From the NCBI GenBank assembly GCA_021849595.1, contig JAJZSR010000001.1, positions 6,004 through 70,003 of the forward strand: a DNA stretch of 64,000 bases, read 5' to 3'. The notes beneath the pieces were generated by a model, which worked only from the letters and a program-made list of their open reading frames with translations, did not search any database and was not told the origin of the DNA. Source of the stretch: Pseudomonadota bacterium. Lineage in GTDB: Bacteria; Pseudomonadota; Gammaproteobacteria; Burkholderiales; Thiobacillaceae. Position 1 is the first letter of the stretch, and each line of letters opens with the position of its first letter. Below are positions 10,489-19,026 of the stretch, piece by piece. Both the position numbers and the translations under genes were made by a program.

Positions 10489-12142
10489 CGGTTAACCATT
10501 CCTTGACCACCTGGGCAGCGCGCCGCGGGTCCTGCTTGACCAGCTCGCGCGAGGCGGCGGCATCCTCGTCCAGGGAGCGCGCGCCGGCCTTCTGCTCGGG
10601 TGCCGCGACCTCGGCCTGAGGGGCACGCGGCGCGCCGGCCGCCGCAGCGGCCGCCTGGCGCGCGCCGGGGGCGGGACGCTTGGCACCGCTGCGCTTGACC
10701 GCACGGTAGATCATGAAACCAAGGATCAGCACCACGACATAGGGCACGGTGTTCCTGAGCAGATCGAAGAACCACTCGGAGCGCCACCACGGCGTGGCTT
10801 CGGCAGCCGCTTTCTGCGCCGCCGCGGTGAACGGCATGTTGACTACCGTCACAGTGTCGCCCCGCTGAGCGTTGAAGCCGATGGCATCCTTGGTCAACTG
10901 GGTGATCTGGGCGAGCTGCTGGGCATTAAGGGCCTGCATCTTCACGGCGCCGTTCTTGCCCGCAATCGCCTGGTTGTTGACCAGCACCGCGACGGACAGG
11001 CGCTTGACCACGCCCACCGGCTGCTCGGTGTGGCTGACCGTCTTGTCCAGATCGTAATTGGTGGTCTGCTCCGTGCTGCTGCTGCCCGGCGCCAGGGATT
11101 TGAGCGTCGGCGCAAGCTTGGTCAACTGCGCAGGCGTGAGGGGTGCCGAGAGCGGTACGCTCCCGGAAGAAACATTGTAGGGCGCGGACACGCCGCCGGG
11201 CGGCTGATTGCTGAGTGCCCCCGGCACCCCGGCGGCGGCGCCGGCATTGCCCTGGCTGGTGCTGCTGTTGGACTGCTGGCTCAGCATGTGGCTGTTGCCG
11301 TACTGCACCGAGCTGGACTCGGTCTTGGCGAAATCGACGTCGGCCGACACGGCCACGCGCACGCCTTCCGTGCCGACCAGGGGCGCCAGGATGGATTCGA
11401 TCTGGTGCCGGTATTGCTGTTCCACCGCGTTGCGGTAGGCTAACTGCGAAGGCCCGCCGTTGGATGGCTGGGATTGCGCCCCGGTCAGCAGGTTGCCGTC
11501 CTGATCGACGATGGTCACGTCCTTTTCGTTCAGGCCCGGAATGCTGGAAGCCACCAAATGGACGATACCGGCCACCTGGGCCGCGCTCAGCACGCGCCCC
11601 GGATAGAGCTTGAGCAGCACCGACGCGGAGGGCTTTTCCTCCTCGCTCACGAATACCGACGGCTTGGGAATGGCCAGGTGCACAGTGGCGGATTCCACCG
11701 CCGAGAGCGACTCCACCGTGTGGGCCAGCGAGCCTTCCAGCGCACGCTGGTAATTGACGCGCTCGACGAACTGGCTGGTGCCCAGGGGTTCGTGGTCCAG
11801 CAGTTCGAAACCCACCCCGGCGCCCTTGGGCAGGCCGTTGGCGGCGAGCTTCATGCGCGTGTCATAGACTTGGTTGCCGGGCACCTGGATCACCGCGCCG
11901 CCGTCGGTGATGCGATAAGGCACGTTGAGTTTTTGCAGTTGCGCGATGACCAGACCGCCGTCACGCTCGGACAGATTGGTGTAGAGCACCTGGTAGTTGG
12001 GCTGGCGCAGCCACATGAGCGTGACGAGGGCCAGGGTGATGAGCCCCGCCACGCCCAGCACCAGTCCCAACCGCTGGTTGGGGCCGAGGCTGCGGAACGC
12101 GCCCATGGGGTCGGACAACATCGCTGCGGGATTGGCGGCCAT
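10478..12142 (-). CDS. fliF: Flagellar MS-ring protein FliF
   Basis: 554 aa with N- and C-terminal TM segments and YscJ/FliF-type ring-building domains. Confidence 0.95.
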   Translation of the reverse strand: MAANPAAMLSDPMGAFRSLGPNQRLGLVLGVAGLITLALVTLMWLRQPNYQVLYTNLSERDGGLVIAQLQKLNVPYRITDGGAVIQVPGNQVYDTRMKLAANGLPKGAGVGFELLDHEPLGTSQFVERVNYQRALEGSLAHTVESLSAVESATVHLAIPKPSVFVSEEEKPSASVLLKLYPGRVLSAAQVAGIVHLVASSIPGLNEKDVTIVDQDGNLLTGAQSQPSNGGPSQLAYRNAVEQQYRHQIESILAPLVGTEGVRVAVSADVDFAKTESSSVQYGNSHMLSQQSNSSTSQGNAGAAAGVPGALSNQPPGGVSAPYNVSSGSVPLSAPLTPAQLTKLAPTLKSLAPGSSSTEQTTNYDLDKTVSHTEQPVGVVKRLSVAVLVNNQAIAGKNGAVKMQALNAQQLAQITQLTKDAIGFNAQRGDTVTVVNMPFTAAAQKAAAEATPWWRSEWFFDLLRNTVPYVVVLILGFMIYRAVKRSGAKRPAPGARQAAAAAAGAPRAPQAEVAAPEQKAGARSLDEDAAASRELVKQDPRRAAQVVKEWLTDGQ

Positions 12143-12246
12143 GGCTTTATCTGCTGCGGGCAGGCGTCAAGCGGAAGCGGACGGACGGGCGTAGCGGCAA
12201 GAGCATCCTGCCTGCGGCAACATCATGCCCCCTCGCCCCCGTCATC

Positions 12247-12567
12247 TCAGACCTGCAGGTTCATGATGTCCTGGTAGGCGCTGACCAGCTTGTTGCGCAC
12301 CTGCAGCATGGTTTGAAAGGACAAATTGGCTTTTTGCGCCGCCAGCATAACGTCGCTCAGGCTCATGTTGCCGGTGCCGGCGGAGAATTGCTGCTCCATG
12401 ACCGAGGCCTGATGCTGGCTCTGGTTCACGCCGTCGATGGCAGCCTTGAGCGCGCTGGCAAAATCCGCGGCCTGCCCCGCGCCGCCTGGCGCCGGGGGCT
12501 TGCTGCCGGCCTCTGCGGCCAGGGCGCGCATCTGCCCGATGAGGGCCTCCATTGCATCGATTTTCAT
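12247..12567 (-). CDS. fliE: Flagellar hook-basal body protein FliE
   Basis: 106 aa ending in the conserved FliE C-terminus (LSDVMLAAQKANLSFQTMLQVRNKLVSAYQDIMNLQV). Confidence 0.93.
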   Translation of the reverse strand: MKIDAMEALIGQMRALAAEAGSKPPAPGGAGQAADFASALKAAIDGVNQSQHQASVMEQQFSAGTGNMSLSDVMLAAQKANLSFQTMLQVRNKLVSAYQDIMNLQV

Positions 12568-12607
12568 GGCCTATCTCACTCCTTGCTGTACGCTCGGCCG
12601 AAACCCA

Positions 12608-12623
12608 AGCAATAGACATACCA
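12608..12623 (-). promoter_or_regulatory. Sigma54 (-24/-12) promoter upstream of fliE
   Basis: The minus strand reads TGGTATGTCTATTGCT against the consensus TGGCACG-N4-TTGCW, with correct GG-N10-GC spacing. It lies about 40 nt upstream of the fliE ATG. Confidence 0.7.
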
Positions 12624-12628
12624 GATAT

Positions 12629-13975
12629 TCATGCCCATTGGACCGCCATCCCCGCCTCGCGCAGGCGCTGCAGCTTGTGACGCAGCGTGCGTGGGCTGAT
12701 GCCCAGGCGTTCGGCAGCCCGTTTCTTGGAACCCTGGCTGTCCTTGAGGGCATCGGCGATCAGGCGCCGTTCGTTTTCCGCCTGAGCGCCCTCCAGGCCG
12801 CTGTCACCCTCGGGCTCGCCGGGCGGCAACTCCAGCCGGGCACCGTCTTCCAGCATCAGGTCATCGATGCCTATGTCCCGTCCGTCGCACAAGATCACCA
12901 TGCGCTGCACGACGTTTTCCAGTTCCCGGACGTTGCCCGGCCAGCGCCACTCCAGCATGGCGCGGCGCGCGCGCGCGTCCAGTTGCGGCGCGCGCCCTGA
13001 ACCATGGGTGGCAGCATAGCGTTGCAGGAACAGTTCGGTCAGCGGCAGGATGTCTTCCCTGCGCTCGCGCAAGGCGGGGATGCGGATGGGAAAGACATTC
13101 AGGCGATAGTACAAATCCTCGCGCAACACGCCTTGCGCCACCGCCTGGCGCAGGTCGCGGTTGCTCGTGGCGATCACGCGCAAATCCAGCGCCACGCGGC
13201 GCCGGCCGCCCACGCGCTCGACTTCGCGCTCCTGCAGCACGCGCAGAAGTTTGGCCTGCAGGCCGGGCGCCATTTCCGTGACCTCGTCCAGCAACAGGGT
13301 GCCGCCCTGAGCCTGCTCGAATTTTCCCGGACTGGCCTGGCTCGCGCCCGTGTATGCGCCCTTTTCGTGGCCGAACAAGGTCGCCTCCAGGAGCGTCTCC
13401 GGAATGGCTGCGCAATTCACCGCGACGAAAGGCCCCTGGGCGCGCGGCGATTTGGAATGGATGTAGCGCGCCATGACCTCCTTGCCCACGCCGCTTTCCC
13501 CCAGCAGCATGATACCCACGTCGGTCTGCGCCGCGCGCCGCGCAACCTGCAGCGCCGCGCCCATGGTCGGCGCGCGCGCCACCAGGCCGTCTTCGCTCTG
13601 GCGCTGCGGGGCGCGCAAATGGCGCTTGACCTTGTCCAGCAGCAGGGCGGCGTCGAAAGGCTTGACCAGATAATCCACTGCCCCCACCTGCAGCGCGGCC
13701 ACGGCGTCCTGGATGGTGCCCCAGGCCGTCATCAGCAGGATGGGCAATTCGGGATAGCCTTGGCGTGCCCGGCGCAGCAGGGTGTAGCCGTCCATGGGCG
13801 CCATCTTGACATCGCTCACCATGAGATGGAAGGTTTCGCCGGCCAGCAGTTGCAAGGCCTCTTCGCCATCGTGCGCGCGCACCGTCACATAGTCGGCGAG
13901 GTCCAAGGCATCCTGCAGCGCCTCCGCCAACGCCTCATCGTCCTCAACCAGCAGTATCCGCGCGGCATCCGTCAC
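12629..13975 (-). CDS. fleR: Sigma54-dependent two-component response regulator (FleR/FlrC type)
   Basis: REC domain (ILLVEDDEAL...DVKMAPMDG), AAA+ domain (GESGVGKE, GAYTGA loop) and a C-terminal Fis-type HTH. Located between fleS and fliE, as in Pseudomonas. Confidence 0.9.
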   Translation of the reverse strand: MTDAARILLVEDDEALAEALQDALDLADYVTVRAHDGEEALQLLAGETFHLMVSDVKMAPMDGYTLLRRARQGYPELPILLMTAWGTIQDAVAALQVGAVDYLVKPFDAALLLDKVKRHLRAPQRQSEDGLVARAPTMGAALQVARRAAQTDVGIMLLGESGVGKEVMARYIHSKSPRAQGPFVAVNCAAIPETLLEATLFGHEKGAYTGASQASPGKFEQAQGGTLLLDEVTEMAPGLQAKLLRVLQEREVERVGGRRRVALDLRVIATSNRDLRQAVAQGVLREDLYYRLNVFPIRIPALRERREDILPLTELFLQRYAATHGSGRAPQLDARARRAMLEWRWPGNVRELENVVQRMVILCDGRDIGIDDLMLEDGARLELPPGEPEGDSGLEGAQAENERRLIADALKDSQGSKKRAAERLGISPRTLRHKLQRLREAGMAVQWA

Positions 13976-15197
13976 GATTTTCTCCTTTTGCCTGTTCGTC
14001 CGGGTTTCTCAAAGGCCCGCTTTCCAGCGCCTGGGCGCCCTGCCACAAAGGCACGCTCAGCGCGATGCAGGCACCTGGGAGCGCTGCGGGCTCGGCCCAG
14101 CAGCGCCCGCCCATGCTGTTCACGAAATCGCGCACGATGGCCAGGCCCAGGCCCGTGCCCCCGCTGCGCGTGCTGTAAAACGGCGTGAACACCCGCTCGC
14201 AATCCTGGAGAGCAATTCCGGGGCCAGCATCGCGTATGCGCAAGAGTAGCGCCTGGCCGTCGCGTTGCGCGGCCACGAGGATCGCGCTGCCGGCGGGGCT
14301 GAATTGCAGGGCATTGTGCAAAATGTTGCCGATCACGCTGACCCAGGCGGGGCCGCCGCCGGGGAGGATGACCCCGGGCGGGAGTTCTCCGATCTGCAAG
14401 GCGACGTTTTTTTGACGCAACAAATCATCAAATTCCTGACGCAAATCCCATAGCACTTTTTCCAACGGCACCGTGCCGTCGCCGCCTTCGCCGCGCAGGA
14501 AGCGCAGCATTTCGTTGATCGAGCGCTCCAAGCTGCGCAACCGTTCGATGCCGCGGTCGCGCAGGCGGGCGAAACGCGCGGGTTCCGTCTGAGGCGTGAG
14601 CTGGGAGATGGACAAGAGAGCCGTGGCCAGCGGAGTGCGCAACTGATGGGCCAGCCCGGCCATGGTTTCGCCCAGGGCCGCCAAGCGCTCGCGGCGCTGG
14701 AAGGCCTCCTCGCGCTGGCGCGCCTCGGTGACGTCCTGCATCAGCAGTAGCCGCCCCTGACCGTCGGGAAGCTGATTGACGGACAGCGTCAAGCGCAGTT
14801 CGGCGTCCTCGCCGCGCCGCAAGCGCCAGTCGCTGCCGGCGCCGGAGAGCGATTCCTCCGCCACTGCCGCCCAAGGCCGGCCCACGGCTTGGAGTCCGAA
14901 CAGGCGCGCGGCTTCCGGGTTCATTTCCTGGATCGTCCCCTGCGGATCCAGACTCACCACCGCGCCGGGCAGGGCCTGCAGCAGCAAGGCCAGGCGCCGA
15001 TGCAGGCGCTCCTTTTCCAAAAGTTCGTCGCGCAGCTTGGCGTTGGTGCGGGCCAGTTCGTCGTTCAGGCGCGCTATCTCCACCTGCAGGGTGGCATAGG
15101 CCTCCGAGAGCGTGCGGGACGTTTCGTTGAAGACGGCAAAGGCCTGCGCCAGGCGCGCGGCCTCGGCCGAGTCGGCTTCAGGCTTCATGTACCGCAC
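13944..15197 (-). CDS. fleS: Cytoplasmic PAS sensor histidine kinase (FleS/FlrB type)
   Basis: No TM segment. N-terminal coiled coil, PAS region, H-box LAHQLRTPLA and HATPase motifs (GLGLAIV). Confidence 0.88.
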   Translation of the reverse strand: MRYMKPEADSAEAARLAQAFAVFNETSRTLSEAYATLQVEIARLNDELARTNAKLRDELLEKERLHRRLALLLQALPGAVVSLDPQGTIQEMNPEAARLFGLQAVGRPWAAVAEESLSGAGSDWRLRRGEDAELRLTLSVNQLPDGQGRLLLMQDVTEARQREEAFQRRERLAALGETMAGLAHQLRTPLATALLSISQLTPQTEPARFARLRDRGIERLRSLERSINEMLRFLRGEGGDGTVPLEKVLWDLRQEFDDLLRQKNVALQIGELPPGVILPGGGPAWVSVIGNILHNALQFSPAGSAILVAAQRDGQALLLRIRDAGPGIALQDCERVFTPFYSTRSGGTGLGLAIVRDFVNSMGGRCWAEPAALPGACIALSVPLWQGAQALESGPLRNPDEQAKGENRDGCRADTAG

Positions 15198-16281
15198 CGG
15201 CTGCGCGCATGACGCTGATGCCCAGTTTACGGATCTTCTCCACCAGGGTCGTCCGCCTCAGCCCCAGCCGGTTGGCGGCATGGGCGATCACGTAATCGTG
15301 CGCCGCCAGCGCCTGTTCGATGAGCGAGCGCTCGATGCCTTCGAGATAGGCTTTGAGATCTATGCCTTCGGGCGGTAGTGCCGGGCCGGGGTCCGCCACC
15401 AGGCGCATGAGTTCGTTCAGGCCGTCATCGGGCTCCGCCGGCGCCGGCATGCTGGGCAGTCCGGCGCACATCTTGGCCGGAAGGTCATCCAGGCCCACAG
15501 TGCCGCCGGCATGCAAGATGACCAGACGCTCGACCAGATTCTGCAACTCGCGCACATTGCCGGGCCAGGCATATTCCAGCAGCGCGTGACGCACCGCGGG
15601 GTCGAGCCGGATGCCGCCCATGCCGGCATCGCTCAGGCGCTTCAGAGTCTGCTCGGCCAGCAACAGGATGTCCTCGCCCCGTTCGCGCAAAGGCGGCACG
15701 CGGATGGGGAAAACATTGAGGCGATAGTAGAGGTCTTCGCGAAAGCTGCCCTGCTCCACATGCCGCTCCAAATCACGGTGCGTGGCCGCGACGATGCGCG
15801 CCTCGGCGCGCACGGCACTGCTGCTGCCCACCCGCTCGAAACTGCGCTCCTGCAGCACACGCAGCAGCTTGACCTGCAGCGCCGGACTCATTTCGGCGAT
15901 TTCGTCGAGGAACAAAGTACCCCTGCCGGCCAGCTCGAAGCGCCCCTTGCGCGCCGCGGTGGCGCCGGTGAAAGCGCCGCGTTCGTGGCCGAACAACTCG
16001 CTTTCCATGAGTTCTCCGGGAATGGCGCCGCAATTGATGGCCACATAAGGCTGGCCCCCTCGTGGCGACCAGGCGTGCAGGGTGCGCGCCACCAGTTCCT
16101 TGCCGGTGCCCGATTCGCCCAGGACCAGCACCGTGCTGTCGGTCGCCGCGACGCGGGCGATCATATTGCGCAAATCGCGCATGGCCGTACTGTCTCCGAG
16201 CAACGGGCAGTCGGCTTCGTTGTTTTTCTCCGCCATGGCGCGATTGTATTTTTGCCCGAGAGAGCTGTCCATCGGGCTCAT
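15178..16281 (-). CDS. Sigma54-dependent transcriptional activator (FleQ-position gene) with no N-terminal receiver/FleQ domain
   Basis: The AAA+ domain starts about 10 to 25 residues after any plausible start (LLGDSTAMRDLRNMIARVA, GESGTGKE, GAFTGA), followed by a C-terminal HTH. The start is uncertain: 16281, 16272 or 16236. The longer ORF to 16545 overlaps the real SPOR gene. Confidence 0.8.
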   Translation of the reverse strand: MSPMDSSLGQKYNRAMAEKNNEADCPLLGDSTAMRDLRNMIARVAATDSTVLVLGESGTGKELVARTLHAWSPRGGQPYVAINCGAIPGELMESELFGHERGAFTGATAARKGRFELAGRGTLFLDEIAEMSPALQVKLLRVLQERSFERVGSSSAVRAEARIVAATHRDLERHVEQGSFREDLYYRLNVFPIRVPPLRERGEDILLLAEQTLKRLSDAGMGGIRLDPAVRHALLEYAWPGNVRELQNLVERLVILHAGGTVGLDDLPAKMCAGLPSMPAPAEPDDGLNELMRLVADPGPALPPEGIDLKAYLEGIERSLIEQALAAHDYVIAHAANRLGLRRTTLVEKIRKLGISVMRAAGAVHEA

Positions 16282-16324
16282 CGAAGCCGTAGCAGCGTCG
16301 AGATATGCAGCCGCTGGGGGCATG

Positions 16325-17008
16325 TCAGTCGCGGCCTCCATCCTTGCGCAGGAAACCCCGGATGCCCACCGTCTGCTTGAGCCGATCGCGCGCGCGCAGG
16401 GCCTCCCGCCCATCGTGGTAAGGTCCCGCCAGCACCAGCGTGAGCCCGCGCGCGTCCGAGGTGCAGACAGGGAAGCCGTGCCCCCGGCCTTGCGCCACGA
16501 GATCGCGGACATGCGCCGCTCCGCGCAGCGCGCCCAACTGGACATACCAACCCCTGGCCGGGCAGGGCTGCGCCAACGAAAGCACGGCCGGACGTGCCGG
16601 CTCGGCAGGGGACGTGCTGGCCGCCGCCCGCGCAGGTGCGGCCTGCGCCGCAGTGCCGGTATCCGCCCTCCCCTGCACCACGGCTGGCTCGCCGGGAGCC
16701 GCCGTCTGGGGAACCGTTACCGGTGCCGCACTTTTGCCTGCAGTCGTCGGCTGGCCACCGGCTGGCGCGGTCAAAATAGTTTGCGGGCGCACCACCACCG
16801 GCTTGGGCGAAACTGTCGACGCAGGCAGACGTTCTTGCGCCACCGGCCGGCCGCCTTGCGACGTCACGGTTCGGCCAGCCTGCCCGGCCAAGTAAGCGAA
16901 AACCGCCAAGCCCAACGCCGCGGCCATGCTGGCCAGAATGGCGAGATTCAGGCCGGCGAAGCGCCGCCCCAGGCGCCCGAATTCGTCCGCTCTCACCCCT
17001 GCCGCCAT
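16325..17008 (-). CDS. SPOR-domain (peptidoglycan-binding) membrane-anchored protein
   Basis: One TM segment (LNLAILASMAAALGLAVFAYLAG), a Pro/Ala linker and a C-terminal SPOR-like module (GWYVQLGALRGAAHVRDLVAQ...LVLAGPYHDGREALRARDRL). Confidence 0.75.
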   Translation of the reverse strand: MAAGVRADEFGRLGRRFAGLNLAILASMAAALGLAVFAYLAGQAGRTVTSQGGRPVAQERLPASTVSPKPVVVRPQTILTAPAGGQPTTAGKSAAPVTVPQTAAPGEPAVVQGRADTGTAAQAAPARAAASTSPAEPARPAVLSLAQPCPARGWYVQLGALRGAAHVRDLVAQGRGHGFPVCTSDARGLTLVLAGPYHDGREALRARDRLKQTVGIRGFLRKDGGRD

Positions 17009-17010
17009 GA

Positions 17011-17847
17011 TCAGCCCCGCTCCTGGATGCCGCCGGACATCAAAGGGGTGTTCCCCACCTGCGTCGGATGCTGCGGGGCCACCACCACGATGGACACGCG
17101 GCGGTTCTTGGCCTGCCCCTGCGGATTGCCGTTGGAGGCGATGGGATGGTATTGGCCGTAGCCGGCCGCCACCAGTTGTTCGGGCGCCACGCCCTGGTCT
17201 ATGAAGATTTCCACCACAGTGACGGCGCGCTGCGCCGACAGCGCCCAGTTGGACTGGAATTGGGGCGTGTGGATAGGCACGTTGTCGGTAAAACCGTTCA
17301 CCTGGATCTGATAGGGAATGCTGCGTATGACATGCGCCACCCGGGTCAGCACGGCGTCAGCGCCGGGCGCGAGGCTAGCCTGGCCGGAAGCAAAAAGCAC
17401 CTTGGCGTTGATTTCGATCACCACGCCCAGTGGGGTGAGATTGATATTTACGTCACCCTTGTCGATCAGCGGCTTGAGCAGAGTTTTGATCTGCAAGGCG
17501 ATTTTTTCCAGCGCCTGCGAGGCATCCTTGGGCTCGGGCGTGGGGCGCTCGATGATGCTGACATGAGGAACCGGCTGGAGCGAGGTGGGTTGCGGAAGGG
17601 GGGGAAGCTTGACCGTCGAGGCGACGGTGTTGAACGGCTCGCCCTGCTGGATAGGCGCCGGCATTTTGGGCTGGCCGGTGAAAGCGGCGAACAGGGTGTC
17701 GGAAAGGACTTTGTATTTGCCCTCGTTGACCGAGGAGATCGAGTACATCACCACGAAAAAGGCAAACAGCAGGGTGATGAAATCGGCATAGGAAACCAGC
17801 CAGCGCTCGTGGTTTTCATGCTCTTCGTGGACAGGTTTGCGCGCCAT
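17011..17847 (-). CDS. motD: MotB/MotD-type flagellar stator B subunit (OmpA-like C-terminus). No adjacent MotA/MotC gene
   Basis: N-terminus HENHERWLVSYADFITLLFAFFVVMYSISSVNEGKYKVLSD, with the conserved Asp in the TM helix. C-terminal OmpA-like peptidoglycan-binding domain (NGFTDNVPI...SNWALSAQRA...NRRVSIVV). Confidence 0.85.
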   Translation of the reverse strand: MARKPVHEEHENHERWLVSYADFITLLFAFFVVMYSISSVNEGKYKVLSDTLFAAFTGQPKMPAPIQQGEPFNTVASTVKLPPLPQPTSLQPVPHVSIIERPTPEPKDASQALEKIALQIKTLLKPLIDKGDVNINLTPLGVVIEINAKVLFASGQASLAPGADAVLTRVAHVIRSIPYQIQVNGFTDNVPIHTPQFQSNWALSAQRAVTVVEIFIDQGVAPEQLVAAGYGQYHPIASNGNPQGQAKNRRVSIVVVAPQHPTQVGNTPLMSGGIQERG

Positions 17848-17871
17848 GCAGTAAGTTATTTATGGTCCGTT

Positions 17872-17898
17872 GGGTTGGCGGGGGCGGCCCCCCAACCC
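17872..17898 (-). other. GC-rich hairpin between the unknown gene and motD
   Basis: GGGTTGGCGGGGGC/GCCCCCCAACCC imperfect palindrome with no T-tract. It could be an attenuator or a REP-like structure. Confidence 0.35.
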
Positions 17899-17922
17899 AT
17901 TAACGGCAGGCGCGGCCGGGAT

Positions 17923-18489
17923 TTAAGGGGTGGTGCGCTGGCGCGCCACGTCGCGGCGGTGGTGGCGGAAAATCAGCCGCTCCAGGCCCCGCTGCACGGC
18001 GGGTTCCAGACCTCTGAATTCGAGGGTTCGGCAATATCCATGAGCCTGCAGGGCGTGTTCTTCCACCACGACGCCCGGCAAGACGAGCGGCATGACCACA
18101 CGCTGGCGCAGATAAACGCGCGTCCAGAAATGCTGGCCTACCCCGAGGGCCTCTGGGCTGGCCCAGCGCAGCGTATGCGCAGTGAGGATACAGGGAAACG
18201 GCGGCGGCACCTTCCCCATCCCGCGCAACGCGGCGCTGGCCATGAGCAACAACAAATCGACCCGACGTTCCAGCGACTGGATGCCGCTGTCCCGCGCGTG
18301 CTCCGTTTCGGCGGCGCCGGCCGCCTCATCCATGGCCAGCAGGGCGCGCAATAGGACGTGGTTGTCGGCCATGACATCCGAAAGCGCCGCAGGGTCTTCC
18401 GGTGGAGCCCCCCAGGCCAAGGGCAATTGGCCTTCCAGCCTGACGGCATCGCCGCCGGCCAGGCTGTTAAGTTCGTGGTAAGCAGTCAT
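17923..18489 (-). CDS. Hypothetical protein (about 188 aa), possibly a PilZ-like or other flagellar accessory protein
   Basis: GC3-rich ORF in operon position between fliS and motD, with a C-terminal RRDVAR (RRxxxR-like) motif. I recognise no family with certainty. I chose the start at MTAYHELNS. Confidence 0.55.
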   Translation of the reverse strand: MTAYHELNSLAGGDAVRLEGQLPLAWGAPPEDPAALSDVMADNHVLLRALLAMDEAAGAAETEHARDSGIQSLERRVDLLLLMASAALRGMGKVPPPFPCILTAHTLRWASPEALGVGQHFWTRVYLRQRVVMPLVLPGVVVEEHALQAHGYCRTLEFRGLEPAVQRGLERLIFRHHRRDVARQRTTP

Positions 18490-18637
18490 CGCAGGCTCCC
18501 AAAGCTCCAACTCGGCGCGACTTGGGCCGCGCTTCGGCTCCAATAGTATAGGAATTGCGCCGAAGAACTTTCAGCCGGGTTCGCCGGCGCTCAGCCCGTC
18601 CACCTTGCGGGAACCAACCGGCCTGGAGCCAGCGCCG

Positions 18638-19018
18638 CTACTCGCCGACGGCCAACCAGGCTTCCTTCAGACTGCCTACGGCGGCGCGGCACTGCGCCAG
18701 GGCATCGAGATCGTTGAAAATATTGGCTTGGGCAAGCTGCGCGAGCAAGGTGGTATATACCCGTTCGAGCCCGGTACTCAGGTTCGTTGTGTTCTGCACC
18801 GCCTCTGCGGGCAAGATGGCCAGCAAGTGCTCGACGATGCGGTAGGCCTTGTCCAGCGGAATCACCTTTTTGGCATTATCGGCGGCCTTGATGGCCTCCT
18901 CCGCGCGCTGCAGATATTCGAGGATGCCGTCCAGCCCCTGGAGGTAGAGCTGCTCCCCCGACACGCCCTGGTGTTCGATTTGGCGATAAGCGCGCAATGC
19001 TTGCTGAGCGGTGTACAT
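18638..19018 (-). CDS. fliS: Flagellin chaperone FliS
   Basis: 126 aa four-helix-type sequence (AYRQIEHQGVSGEQLYLQGLDGILEYLQRA...KAYRIVEHL) downstream of fliD. Confidence 0.9.
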   Translation of the reverse strand: MYTAQQALRAYRQIEHQGVSGEQLYLQGLDGILEYLQRAEEAIKAADNAKKVIPLDKAYRIVEHLLAILPAEAVQNTTNLSTGLERVYTTLLAQLAQANIFNDLDALAQCRAAVGSLKEAWLAVGE

Positions 19019-19026
19019 GGACGATC

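Noticed and set aside
12143-12246. Possible sigma54 promoter between fliE and fliF
   Set aside because: The only GG/GC pairs have spacings of N8 or N12, with no convincing -24/-12 match.
16282-16545. N-terminal extension of the sigma54 activator ORF to 455 aa
   Set aside because: It overlaps the 3' end of the SPOR gene in another frame and shows no REC/FleQ-domain features. It has Arg/Ser/Trp-rich shadow composition.
17068-18354. 428-aa plus-strand ORF
   Set aside because: It is antisense to the motD-like gene and the upstream hypothetical gene. It has His/Arg/Gly-rich shadow composition.
18546-18572. Sigma28-like promoter (GAAAGTTC-N11-TCCTATAC) upstream of the hypothetical/motD genes
   Set aside because: There are two mismatches in the -35 element and three in the -10 element. 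I note it as a candidate only, not as a feature.
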